Source: an uncultured Chloroflexia bacterium (GTDB lineage Bacteria; Chloroflexota; UBA6077; JACCZL01). From it: DNA of 64,000 nt. How positions within the stretch are numbered: position 1 is the stretch's first letter; the number at the start of each line of letters is the position of its first letter. The position numbers were made by a program, and so were the translations under genes. The stretch lies in NCBI GenBank assembly GCA_963765765.1, contig CAVXYC010000019.1, forward strand, positions 192,001 through 256,000, read 5' to 3'. Below the pieces are notes generated by a model, which saw only the letters and a program-made list of their open reading frames with translations, did not search any database and had not been told where the DNA came from. Shown piece after piece: positions 43,421 through 53,449 of this stretch.

Positions 43421-44948
43421 GTGATGACTGCCGATCAGGACAATCCTGCTGCTTCGATCATCCGCCGCTTTGGCGGGCAGTCGGCGTTGGCGGCGCTGCT
43501 GGGGCGGCGGCAGAGCACCGTGGAGCATTGGGCTCAGACCGGGCGCATTCCGGCGCAGTGGCAGCAACCGCTCATGTCGTTAGCACGAACGCGAGGTATC
43601 GTCTTGGAAGCAAAAGATTTCGCACCCACTCAGCCGCAGCCGATCAAGCCTGCCAACGGCAAGCTGGGCGTCCTGGTGGTGGGGCTGGGCGCGGTGGCGT
43701 CCACGTTCATCGCCGGGGTTGAGCTGGCGCGCCAGGGCAAGGGCCAGCTCGTGGGCTCGCTCACGCAGATGGGCACCATTCGGCTGGGCAAGCGGACCGA
43801 GCAGCGCTCGCCGTTGATCAAGCAGTTCGTGGACCTGGCCGGCCTGGACGATCTCGTCTTCGGCGCGTGGGACCCGTTTCGGGACAACGCGTACGAGGCA
43901 GCGCTCAAATGCGGCGTGCTGAACAAGTACGAGCACATCTACCCGATCCGCGAGTTCCTCGAGAGCATCGAGCCGATGCCGGCCGCGTTCGACCAGTTCT
44001 ACGTGAAGCGGCTGGACGGTCCGAACACGAAGAGCAAGAAGAACAAGCTCGAGGTGGCCGAGGCGATCCGCCAGGATATCCGCAACTTCAAAGAGAAGAA
44101 CAACTGCGATCGGTTGGTAATGATCTGGGCAGCCTCCACCGAGATCTTCATGGACGAGCACGAGGTTCACGCCACGCCGGAGAGTCTGCGCGCCGCCATG
44201 GAGGCGAACGACCCGAACATCCCCTCGTCCATGCTCTACGCCTACGCCGCGCTGATGGAGGGCGTGCCGTTTGCCAATGGCGCGCCGAACCTGACGGTGG
44301 ACGTGCCGGCGATGATGGAGCTTGCCAATTGAGAACGGCGTGCCGATCTGCGGCAAGGACTTCAAGACGGGTCAGACGCTGATCAAGACGGCCGTGGCGC
44401 CGATGCTGAAGGCCCGCATGCTGGGCGTGAAGGGCTGGTACTCCACCAACATTCTGGGCAATCGCGATGGCGAGGTGCTGGACGATCCCGAGAGCTTCAA
44501 GACGAAGGAAGAGTCCAAGCTGGGCGCGCTGGAGTACATCCTTCAGCCTGAGCTGTATGCCGAGCTCTACAACGATCTCTACCACAAGGTGCGGATCAAC
44601 TATTACCCGCCCCGCGGCGACGAGAAAGAGGGCTGGGACAACATCGACATCTTCGGGTGGCTGGGTTACCCAATGCAGATCAAGATCGATTTCCTGTGCC
44701 GGGACTCAATCCTGGCGGCGCCGCTGGTGCTGGATCTGGTGCTCTTCCAGGACCTGGCGCAGCGCGCGGGACTCAAGGGCATTCAGGAGTGGCTCAGCTT
44801 CTACTTCAAGAGCCCCCAGCACGCGCCCAAGGTGTACCCCGAGCACGATCTCTTCATTCAGCAGACCAAGCTGAAGAACACGCTCCGCTGGCTCATGGGC
44901 GAGGAGCAGATCACCCACCTGGGCATGGAGTACTACCAGGACGAGTAG
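43421..44948 (+). CDS. ino1: Inositol-3-phosphate synthase with N-terminal Cro-like HTH; frameshift near 44328
   Basis: GLGAVAST, NGAPN, GKDFKTGQT, NILGNRDG, RGDEKEGWD and DSILAAPLVLD motifs. Confidence 0.93.
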
Positions 44949-45085
44949 AGGCGCCCTGGCGGGCGCGGTGAAGAGTTAAGGGTGAGGGCTGGCCTTAGGT
45001 CCAGTACCCTCCTTCGTCACTCTTCAGTCCCGGCACGCGGTCTGCCGATCTTTACCGGCTGTCAATGAATGCCGGGAGGTGATGT

Positions 45086-45529
45086 ATGACGGCGGGATTT
45101 TCAGCGGTGGATCGCTTCGCCGATACGAGAACTATCCTTCTCACCACGTACCGCCGCGACGGCTCGCCTGTGGGGACGCCCGTGAACGTCGTTGTGGAAA
45201 ACGGTCGGGCGCTCATACGCACCTGGGATACGGCGGGCAAGCTCAAGCGAATGCGCAACAATCCGGAAGTCGAGATTGCTCCCTCGACATTTCGGGGCAA
45301 GGTGACCGGACCGGCAATGCGCGCCCGGGCGCGCGTACTGAGCGGTGCACAATCAGAGCGGGCGCGCAAGCTCCTCGGTCGGAAGTACCCGTTCCTGCAA
45401 GGATTCCTGGTGCCGTTGATCCACCGTCTTCAGCACCAAGAAACGATGCACATCGAGTTGATGCCACTCGATGATGGGTCTACCCTGGAGGCGGCCGCGG
45501 CGGGCACGCTCAGAACCACCGCTGAGTGA
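45086..45529 (+). CDS. PPOX class F420-dependent oxidoreductase
   Basis: LLTTYRRDGSPVGTPV and GKLKRMRNNP motifs. Confidence 0.9.
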   Translation: MTAGFSAVDRFADTRTILLTTYRRDGSPVGTPVNVVVENGRALIRTWDTAGKLKRMRNNPEVEIAPSTFRGKVTGPAMRARARVLSGAQSERARKLLGRKYPFLQGFLVPLIHRLQHQETMHIELMPLDDGSTLEAAAAGTLRTTAE

Positions 45530-45663
45530 GCTGCTCAAGCATGGTTCACGGACGGGCTCCAGGACAAATGTCGCCTAATTGACAGCGTCGATGTCCACGA
45601 TCTGACACCGCTTGTGTGAGAACGGAGCGACGATACCGAGAGAGAAATAGAAGGGTATCGTCC

Positions 45664-46260
45664 ATGACCCCCCAATGCAGACGATATGCATCGGCGGCGT
45701 GTGCCGCCCTGGCGCTTGCCTCTGTCACACTTCAATTCCCGCCACAGGCCGGCGCGCATCCGTGCGCACCTGCACTCGAGTCAGAATTCGATCCGGAGCT
45801 CGGCGGGTCGCCCACCCAAGGGCGGGGTCCTGACCTGGTCATTCGCAATCTCAGCATTGAACTGCTAAGTCAACGGCGCATGGACGGCGCTCCACCGTTG
45901 TTGATCTGGGTGCAAGTGGAGAACATCGGCGATCAGATTGCCGAGCCCGCAAGCGTGCATTTCCGCTATCGCGAGTATGACAGCCGTGCGCCATATGACG
46001 GAGAGTGGGCAGACGTCGGCAGGCACGCGCTGGACAGTGTGGGCCTCGCGCCAGGCACGTTCAAGCAATATCCGTTCATCGCGTCTCTGGAATACCACGC
46101 CTCGGATGACGCCCGCTATTCGCAGGTTTTCGAGGCCATCGTGGACCATGACGGCCTGGTTCAGGAGCGCTGCGGCGTGGGCGAATCGAACAACGCTTAT
46201 ACCGAGACGATCTCGTTAACGCAGCCTGAGGCGCCGATGCTCTGGGGCCGTGGCGGGTGA
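45664..46260 (+). CDS. Secreted CARDB/Ig-like domain protein
   Basis: Signal peptide ending AGA-H; PDLVI, VENIG and VD..GLVQE....ESNN. Confidence 0.7.
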   Translation: MTPQCRRYASAACAALALASVTLQFPPQAGAHPCAPALESEFDPELGGSPTQGRGPDLVIRNLSIELLSQRRMDGAPPLLIWVQVENIGDQIAEPASVHFRYREYDSRAPYDGEWADVGRHALDSVGLAPGTFKQYPFIASLEYHASDDARYSQVFEAIVDHDGLVQERCGVGESNNAYTETISLTQPEAPMLWGRGG

Positions 46261-46298
46261 GCGGGCCTCGGCGGGCTCTCGTCATTTGCTCACGAAAT

Positions 46299-46390
46299 CC
46301 CTGTCATCCTGAGCGGCGGCGAAGGATCTTCCCCACCGGGGGTCAGGAGTTCGATGGGGAGATCCTACGCCGCCGCTCAGGATGACAGGG
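46299..46390. repeat. GTCATCC-family palindromic repeat copy
   Basis: ccctgtcatcctgagcggcggcgaaggatct ... agatcctacgccgccgctcaggatgacaggg. Confidence 0.88.
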
Positions 46391-46538
46391 CTAACGGTGG
46401 AGAAGGGTGGTGGACTAAGCGCGTTGGCAGATTTGCCCGTCGTCCTCAGCTTATGCTGAGGTCGTTCATCTCCGTAAGAGTGCTAGTGCGGAGTACTGTT
46501 AGGCTCACCTCGTTAGCTCCTCAAATAGGAGGAATGTC

Positions 46539-47711
46539 ATGACTGCAGTGACGGATACTGACCGCGACCGCGTTTCGGCTGCCGTGGCCAAGGCGGCGCC
46601 CACTATTCAGGAGCATCGCGACGAGGCGGAGCTAGATCGGCAACTGCCAGCGAGCGTGATGAGCGCCATGTTGGATGCCGGGTTGTTCACCATGTGGACC
46701 GCGCGCGAATACGGTGGGGCGGAAGTCGAACTTTCCAGCTTCATGGAGGGTGTCGAAGCGGTTTCGCGCATCGATGCCGCCTCGGGCTGGGTTCTGGCCA
46801 ACCTGGTTGGTGGCGCGGTGCTGGCAGCGTATCTACCAGAACAGAGCGCTCGTGAGATCTATGCGAACGGGCCAAACGTGCCAATTGCCGGATCGGTGAT
46901 TCCCAATGGCCACGCGGTTCCAGCGGACGGCGGATACCGACTCAGCGGGCGGTGGCCTCTGGCAAGTGGTTGCCAGCACGCTGCCTGGCTGGCGTGCGTT
47001 GCGCTTGTGTTCGATGACGATACGCCTCGCATGAGCCCTCACGGAGGTCCCGACTTCAAGAACATGTTCTTCAAGCGCGAAGACTGCCAGATCCTGGACA
47101 CGTGGAATTCGGTGGGGCTGCGAGGCACAGGTAGTACGGACATCACCGTAAGCGAGATCTTTATTCCTGAGGAGCGTGTGTACTCGGTGTTCACGGCTCC
47201 GCCGACGGCGTCCGGCCCCCTCTACAAGATCGGCATCCTGAACCTCTTCAGCATGGTGCTCTCAATCGTGTCCTTGGGCATTGCTCGTGCGGCCATCGAT
47301 TCGTTCGTCGAGCTTGCAAAGGCGAAAACACCAACCCTGAGTCAGACAGGGCTGGCAAATCGTGCGACTATCCATGCCGAGGTTGCGCGCACGGAGGCGC
47401 TGGTGCAGTCGGCGCGTGCGTATCTCTACGAGGTCGCCAGAGATCTCATGGCCGCGGTGTCGGCCGGGGACGGCGTGTCGGAAGACGTCGAGGCACGGCG
47501 TAGGCTGGCCTGCGTCAATGTCGGTGAGAGCAGCCGCAAGGCTGTTGACACGATGTTCGCCTTGGCGGGCGCAACGCCGGTCTACTCTGGGCATCGCCTG
47601 GAGCGCTGCCTACGAGACGTTCACACGGCCAGCCAGCACCTGGTGGTGTCACCAGTCTGGTGGGAGAAGACCGGGCAATTCTATTTTGGACACGGCTTGG
47701 GGATGCCTTAG
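46539..47711 (+). CDS. Acyl-CoA dehydrogenase-like flavin-dependent hydroxylase (HsaA-like)
   Basis: GRWPLASGCQHA, WNSVGLRGTGS and LERCLRDVH motifs. Confidence 0.9.
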   Translation: MTAVTDTDRDRVSAAVAKAAPTIQEHRDEAELDRQLPASVMSAMLDAGLFTMWTAREYGGAEVELSSFMEGVEAVSRIDAASGWVLANLVGGAVLAAYLPEQSAREIYANGPNVPIAGSVIPNGHAVPADGGYRLSGRWPLASGCQHAAWLACVALVFDDDTPRMSPHGGPDFKNMFFKREDCQILDTWNSVGLRGTGSTDITVSEIFIPEERVYSVFTAPPTASGPLYKIGILNLFSMVLSIVSLGIARAAIDSFVELAKAKTPTLSQTGLANRATIHAEVARTEALVQSARAYLYEVARDLMAAVSAGDGVSEDVEARRRLACVNVGESSRKAVDTMFALAGATPVYSGHRLERCLRDVHTASQHLVVSPVWWEKTGQFYFGHGLGMP

Positions 47712-47733
47712 GGCTTGTTTGTTGCGAGAGAAT

Positions 47734-47851
47734 GACCCCACTCCAGCCCTCCCCGCTGCGGCAGGGAGGGAGCCGGATCGAGAGAAAATCTGGCTGCGCA
47801 CGGAAGCCGCGGCTCCCTCCCTGCCGCAGCGGGGAGGGCTGGGGTAGGGTC
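47734..47851. repeat. Palindromic repeat CCCTCCCCGCTGCGGCAGGGAGGGAG, copy 2
   Basis: Same arms as 42040-42142 with a different spacer. Confidence 0.85.
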
Positions 47852-47868
47852 GTTCTTCTTGGACTCCT

Positions 47869-49128
47869 TTAGTCAGCCGCCTGCACCTCGCGCAATCGCC
47901 GCTCCAGATATCGACGCTCGCTCTCATTGGTCACCATCTCGAGGGCGCGCTGGTAGGCCTGGGCGGATTCGGACAACGATCCCAGGCGGCGCAGGAGATC
48001 GGCCCGGGAGGCGTGGAGGAGGTGGTACTCTTTCAAGTCGCCGCTGGAATCCAACTCATCGATGAGCTCCAGGCCACGTTGCGGTCCCTGCGCCATAGCC
48101 ACGGCGACAGCGCGATTGAGCGAGACCACGGCGGATGGCTGCACGGTCGCCAGCACGTCATACAGCCTCATGATCTGCGGCCAGTCCGTTTCTTCCGCGT
48201 GAGCAGACTCACAATGCAGCGCCGCAATAGCGGCCTGTAGCGCGATAGGCGCCGGACCGCCGGAGAGTGCCTCTTCAACGAGAGGTAGCGCCTCGGCAAT
48301 CTGAGCCCGATTCCAAAGCGAGCGGTCCTGGTCTTCGAGCACGATGAGATCGCCCGACGCGTCCAGGCGAGCCTCGCGTCTGGAATCCTGCAGCAGCATG
48401 AGCGCCAGGAGCGCCGTGACCTCCGTCGGCGGGTCTGGCTTCAGTAGATCGCGTAGCAGTCGTCCTAGCTGGATCGCCTCGGCGCACAGGTCGGTGCGCA
48501 CTAGCTGGTCACCCCGCGTGGCCGCGTATCCCTCATTGAAGATCAGGTAGATAACGCTGAGCACCGCCTCCAGACGTTCCGGTAAATCCGGGGCGCTGGG
48601 AACCTTGAACGGGATGCCAGCATCGCGAATCTTGCGCTTGGCTCGCACAAGGCGCTGCGCCATGGTGGCGGTGGGCACGAGAAACGCGCGTGCTATCTCG
48701 TCCGTCTCCAGGCCACCCAGGGAGCGCAGCGTGAGGGCCACCTGCACTTCCGGCGCAAGAGCGGGGTGGCAGCAGGTGAAGATTAGTTTGAGGCGGTCGT
48801 CGGGGATGTCGCCCGTTTCCTCGAGCGTCTCACTTTTCTCGGCGCCCAGTTCCGTGGACGCATAGTCGACGAGCTTTTCCTGGTAGCGCTTGCGCCGGCG
48901 CAGATTGTCGATCGCTTTGTTGCGGGCTGTCTGGACGATCCAGGCGCGGGGAGAGTCCGGGATGCCTGAGATGCGCCACTGTGTGACCGCGGTGGCAAAG
49001 GCTTCCTGCGCGGCGTCCTCCGCCACCTCGAAATCGCCCAGGTGGCGAATCAGTGTGGCAACGATCCGACCCCAGTCCTCACGATAGACAGTGTCAACGG
49101 CGAGCTCGGCTGCATCGATGGACAACAT
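47869..49128 (-). CDS. ECF sigma factor with DUF6596/TPR extension, second paralog
   Basis: [24 protein letters not shown] and YLIFNEGY motifs. Confidence 0.93.
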   Translation of the reverse strand: MLSIDAAELAVDTVYREDWGRIVATLIRHLGDFEVAEDAAQEAFATAVTQWRISGIPDSPRAWIVQTARNKAIDNLRRRKRYQEKLVDYASTELGAEKSETLEETGDIPDDRLKLIFTCCHPALAPEVQVALTLRSLGGLETDEIARAFLVPTATMAQRLVRAKRKIRDAGIPFKVPSAPDLPERLEAVLSVIYLIFNEGYAATRGDQLVRTDLCAEAIQLGRLLRDLLKPDPPTEVTALLALMLLQDSRREARLDASGDLIVLEDQDRSLWNRAQIAEALPLVEEALSGGPAPIALQAAIAALHCESAHAEETDWPQIMRLYDVLATVQPSAVVSLNRAVAVAMAQGPQRGLELIDELDSSGDLKEYHLLHASRADLLRRLGSLSESAQAYQRALEMVTNESERRYLERRLREVQAAD

Positions 49129-49192
49129 TGCGTGATTGTAATCATTGTCGATCTCGAATCTCGCCGTTCGTCACACCAGTGGAGGCACTTCC

Positions 49193-49591
49193 ATGCAGTA
49201 CATGCTGCTCATTCATTTTGAAGAACCGATCTGGGACGAGTTTAGTGACACGGTGCACAAGCAGGTCCTGGATGAATACATGGGAATCATCAGCGACCTG
49301 GAGGTCAAAGGACAGTATCTGAGCGCAAGCCCACTCTATCCGACCTCCGCAGCTACCAGCGTGAAGGTGCGTGAGGGAAAGCCGCTGGTGACAGATGGGC
49401 CCTTCGCCGAGACTCGCGAACAGCTTGGGGGCTATTTCCTCATCGATGTGAATGACCTGGATGAGGCGCTGGCAGTAGCCAAGAGGTTGCCCGGCGCACG
49501 CTACGGCACAGTGGAGGTCCGCCCACTGATGTCAATTCCCGAGCATTTCGGAGTATCTGAAGAGGCCGCGGGCCACGCTCCGCGAGTGTAA
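49193..49591 (+). CDS. YciI family (DGPF) protein
   Basis: TDGPFAETREQLGGYF and VEVRP motifs; GGAGG RBS. Confidence 0.92.
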   Translation: MQYMLLIHFEEPIWDEFSDTVHKQVLDEYMGIISDLEVKGQYLSASPLYPTSAATSVKVREGKPLVTDGPFAETREQLGGYFLIDVNDLDEALAVAKRLPGARYGTVEVRPLMSIPEHFGVSEEAAGHAPRV

Positions 49592-49621
49592 CGTCACGAT
49601 AGCACGCTATAGGGAGATTTC

Positions 49622-50023
49622 ATGATTTCAAAGATTCACTCCACCGCCATTGTCGTATCCGATCAGGAAGCCGCTCTCAAGTTCTATACGGAGATTCTGG
49701 GCTGGGAGAAGCGCACTGAGTTCAGGATGGATGAGAACTATCGATTCCTCACCGTGGCACCCGTCGGTGCGGACACGGAGCTTGCGCTCGAGCCGGGCAG
49801 ACTTCATGGGGTTCAAGCCGGCATCTGCATCTTCCCCGAGACGCCCATGAGCCCGCCGTCCACGGGGATCTCTCTGGCCGTGGAGGATATCGAGGCGACG
49901 TACAGCTCACTCGTGGAAAAAGGCGTCAAGTTCTCAGGCCCGCTTCAGGACATGCCCTGGGGTGATAAAGCGACCTGGTTGATCGACCCGGATGGGAACG
50001 CATTCTTCTTCGTCGGAAGCTGA
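49622..50023 (+). CDS. VOC family protein
   Basis: VSDQEAALKFYTEILG and MPWG...DPDGN motifs. Confidence 0.9.
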   Translation: MISKIHSTAIVVSDQEAALKFYTEILGWEKRTEFRMDENYRFLTVAPVGADTELALEPGRLHGVQAGICIFPETPMSPPSTGISLAVEDIEATYSSLVEKGVKFSGPLQDMPWGDKATWLIDPDGNAFFFVGS

Positions 50024-50284
50024 GGCAGGCGGGCCGCCAATGTGGCAACGCCGTTTACAGATTCTCCGCCTTGATCGTATCCACAATGTTGCCGTTGCGG
50101 ATCAACGCCCCCGGAGACCGTCCGAGCACGTATGCGGATTTCGGCAAACCGGCGTATGCCCTCGGCTCGTATCTTGGCGCAGGGCTAGGACCGCCGATAG
50201 AATATCGGCGGTCCTAGCCTAGTGCGGGCCGGTAGGGCGAGCGTGTAGTCTCGGATTTAGGACTCGGGCCAACAAGCTCAATGG

Positions 50285-50842
50285 CTACCTTCTCGCCTCA
50301 TACCGCAGCGCTACCGCCCCTGAGTTGAACTCCAGCCGGCTCACGAGCTTCAAGTCGATGTATGTCGATAGTCCCGCGAACAACGTCGGCCCATGGCCCG
50401 CTATTCTCGGCTGCACCACAAACTCGTACTCATCAATCAATCCCAGCTCAGCCAGCGCCAGCGGGAGCTGTACGCCCCCCACGAACAGCCCTCGACCCGG
50501 CTCATCTTTGAGCTGTTGAACAGCCTTCCCCAGATCCCCGCGCACGAGCTCCGCGTTCCAATCGACCCGATCGAGGGTGCTCGAAACGACGTACTTCTTC
50601 GCCGCGTCGATCGACCGGGCGAAGGGTTCCATCCAGTCGGCCATCCAATCAGGCATCGCTCCCGTCGCCGACGGCCGCCACGCTGACTCCATCAGTTCGT
50701 AGGTCACCCGGCCAAAGAGTAGGGCATCGGCCTGCGCGAGGTTCTCGGCCCAGTAACGATGCTGCTCTTCGTCCGGCAAGCCCGCCTGATGATCGACGCA
50801 TCCGTCCAGGGTGACGTTGATGGAATACCGAAGGGGTCGCAT
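50285..50842 (-). CDS. Dihydrofolate reductase / RibD C-terminal family protein
   Basis: INVTLDG, LFGRVTYE and LIDEYEFVVQP motifs. Confidence 0.9.
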   Translation of the reverse strand: MRPLRYSINVTLDGCVDHQAGLPDEEQHRYWAENLAQADALLFGRVTYELMESAWRPSATGAMPDWMADWMEPFARSIDAAKKYVVSSTLDRVDWNAELVRGDLGKAVQQLKDEPGRGLFVGGVQLPLALAELGLIDEYEFVVQPRIAGHGPTLFAGLSTYIDLKLVSRLEFNSGAVALRYEARR

Positions 50843-51181
50843 TGCGTGTACCGTCCGTAGTCGTAGGATGCTCAACACTAGCAGCACAACCTGAGGGAAT
50901 GCCGCCAATGGGCGGTTCAGCAGGGCGGCCCCGCTTCAGACGAAGCCTCTAACGATTGAGCATACGCTCCGCGTCGCCACCTGACAGTACAGCCGCCCGG
51001 GCAGTTACCGAAGATATGCCATGGCGTCTCGCCATCCTCGACCCAGCTGTGCGGTACCGGATATTGCGCCCTGGAGATCAAACCGCCGCGCCCGAGCGCC
51101 GGCGTCCAGTTCACGGTGCAGCTACCCACCGCGCGCCGCACACTGGTATATGACGATCAGGGGATGCGCAGCGTGCCTCGG

Positions 51182-51705
51182 GCGTAAGAGGGTCCAGGGT
51201 AAACAGCGCCACCAACGCTTCCAGGAGCCGGTGCTGGTTGTCTTTGACCGCCCAGAAATACGCGCCGCCCGCCGCGACCACCTGATGACTCAGGGCACGC
51301 TGGGAAAATTGGGCGTCACCGGTGACCGTGACGCCGTGGAGGCGAGATCGGCCAACAGCGCCTCCGCCAGGCGCAGCTCGTGCTCCTTCAGCGTCCCCCT
51401 TTTTGGCCCAGCACCTGCCCATCCCGAGGCGCGAAGGCGGCCACCAGATGCACGCCCGGAATCTGTTCGCCGTGGATCCCGCGGAGGTGCTTGCCGTCCA
51501 GCGCCACCGCCCCCGTGGAACCGGCCCCCTGGACGCGGGCCCACTCGGCCAGCACCCGTTCGAAGGCGTCGCGGTCGAGATCGCGAAAGACCCGAAACAC
51601 CGTCGCCACGCTCGGGGTGGTGGCCCGGGTGATGCCGAACGCCCCGCGGATCTCGGCCGAGCCCTGATCCCGCCCCCACTGGGCGATGGCATACGCGTAA
51701 GAGGG
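51182..51705 (-). mobile_element. Internal fragment of an ISAs1-family (H-repeat) transposase
   Basis: IAQWG, PSVATVFRVF, VALDGKHLRG, VTGDAQFSQR and YFWAVKDNQ motifs; both ends missing. Confidence 0.85.
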
Positions 51706-51769
51706 GCGGAGTCCCGACTTCGGAGAGCGCCGACCGGTAAGATGTGTCTCTACATTGGGAGGCTCATTT

Positions 51770-52141
51770 ATGCGCTTCATGTTGCTGATCTACCTGGATG
51801 AGAAGTCCCTGACCAAAGCCGAGTACGAAGAGTGCTACGGGAAATCCGTGGCGTTGGCTCAGGACCTCCAGGCAAGCGGTAAGTTTCTCGCCACGGCTCC
51901 GCTTCAGCCGTCGGACGGGGCCAGGACCGTGCGCATACGGGAAGGGCAACGCATATTGATGGACGGCCCGTTCGCCGAAACGAGGGAGCAGCTCGGCGGC
52001 TACTTCCTGGTTGATGCAGAAAACTATGACGAGGCTGTGGAGATTGCCACGCGTATACCCGGAGCCCAATTCGGCACCGTTGAAGTGCGGCAGGTGACGG
52101 AGATAGGCGATCGGTTCGAAGTGCCAGCGGATACCGTCTGA
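51770..52141 (+). CDS. YciI family (DGPF) protein, third copy
   Basis: DGPFAETREQLGGYF motif; GGGAGG RBS. Confidence 0.92.
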   Translation: MRFMLLIYLDEKSLTKAEYEECYGKSVALAQDLQASGKFLATAPLQPSDGARTVRIREGQRILMDGPFAETREQLGGYFLVDAENYDEAVEIATRIPGAQFGTVEVRQVTEIGDRFEVPADTV

Positions 52142-52259
52142 GATGCTTTCATGAGGCGCTTCGCGTCCCACAGTCCGGCGGCACAGGACCGCGAGATCAT
52201 CGATTCAGGCCACTGAGCTGCCATTTCGTTCTTTTGAGTGGCTTGGGGGCCTGAGCCGC

Positions 52260-53414
52260 CTACCGCCGGGTCGCGATCTTCTCCAGAAGGGCCACACACT
52301 CCGCTGGGTTCGGAAGTGCGGCGATGTCGCCCGCGATGCGGCGGGCCACGGTGCGATGGGTGTCCGATTGGAGTATTCGCTCGAGCGCCTCGCGAACGTT
52401 GCTCTCTGCGTTCGGACCCTGCTGAACGGTGATGCCGGCACCGATGGATTCGGTGCGGTGGGCATTGGCATGCTGGTCCGTGGTGAACAGTGGGACGTTG
52501 ACTATTGGAACTCCGGCGCTCAAGGCAAGCATCGTCGTGCCGAAACCGCCGTGGCCCACGATTGCCGCGGCCCTCGGCATGACTCGCTCCTGGGGAAACC
52601 AGCGTTCGACGTGCGCGTTGGTAGGGAGCGGCTCAAGCTCCCGCGGGTCGGCGGCTTCGCCAAGTGTAAGCAGCACCCTGACTGGCAGATCGGCGGCGGC
52701 CTTCAACATGGTTCGATAGAGCTCCGGATAGAAGCCCAGACTGGCTGTCACGCTGCCGAAGGTCATATAGACTAGCGGGTCGGCGCGGTTGGTCCACCAC
52801 TCTTCGGGAATCGGATCGCGGTTCGCGGTGCCGGGGGGATAGCGGAATCGGTGGGGAGCGGCGCCATCTGTCTGGGCGTCATCGTCAAAACTCGCTGGTA
52901 CCAGCGTGAGTCGCGGCACGGTCGCTAGACTGCCCGCGCCGCGGTCCAGGCCGAGAGCACGGAGTGGCTCATCCACGAGTGGCCGAACTGCAAGTTCCAC
53001 CGAATTGAGGGAGAGGGCAACCTGAGCGTGGGGGATGCCGGCGCGCTCCGCCACCACGAGCGAAGAAAACTCCGCCACCTCGCGCAGCACGAGATCTGGA
53101 CGCCACTGGTTGGCCAAAGCCTGCATCGCAGGCAGGGCTGAGCGCGCGTCGATGCCACAGAACACCTCCTTGAAGATCACGGCGTTGGCCTCTTCTAAAG
53201 AGAGCGAGGGCAGACGGGAGAAGATAGGTCCGAGAACTTCCGGTGGCGCGTCTGCCACGGCGACGTGGTCAAGGCCCGTACGCCGCACGGATGCTTCGAA
53301 TGACGCCGGGGCCGCCACGCGTACCTCGTGACCCGCGTCGCGCAGAGCGATCGCGAAGGGAACGACCGGTCCGAAGTGGCCTTCCCCGGCGGTGGTGGCT
53401 ACCAGTATGCGCAT
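52260..53414 (-). CDS. GT1 family glycosyltransferase
   Basis: GEGHFGP, HGGFGT and DQHANA motifs. Confidence 0.9.
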   Translation of the reverse strand: MRILVATTAGEGHFGPVVPFAIALRDAGHEVRVAAPASFEASVRRTGLDHVAVADAPPEVLGPIFSRLPSLSLEEANAVIFKEVFCGIDARSALPAMQALANQWRPDLVLREVAEFSSLVVAERAGIPHAQVALSLNSVELAVRPLVDEPLRALGLDRGAGSLATVPRLTLVPASFDDDAQTDGAAPHRFRYPPGTANRDPIPEEWWTNRADPLVYMTFGSVTASLGFYPELYRTMLKAAADLPVRVLLTLGEAADPRELEPLPTNAHVERWFPQERVMPRAAAIVGHGGFGTTMLALSAGVPIVNVPLFTTDQHANAHRTESIGAGITVQQGPNAESNVREALERILQSDTHRTVARRIAGDIAALPNPAECVALLEKIATRR

Positions 53415-53449
53415 CGTCCGCACTTCTCCATCATCACAGCTGACGCTCG

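Noticed and set aside
43421-43620. Prophage, suggested by the Cro-like domain
   Set aside because: The domain is fused to ino1 and no integrase, structural or lysis genes are present.
44300-44340. Programmed ribosomal frameshifting in ino1, rnz or the STAND gene
   Set aside because: No consistent slippery heptamer or stimulatory structure; window-wide indels explain the breaks more simply.
10609-46390. GTCATCC hairpins as a CRISPR array or integron attC sites
   Set aside because: Copies are kilobases apart with no regular spacers, no cas or integrase gene, and no consistent RYYYAAC/GTTRRRY ends or cassette orientation.
50917-51180. Possible GNAT remnant (HWYMTI) next to the IS fragment
   Set aside because: Only one short motif; too degraded to call.
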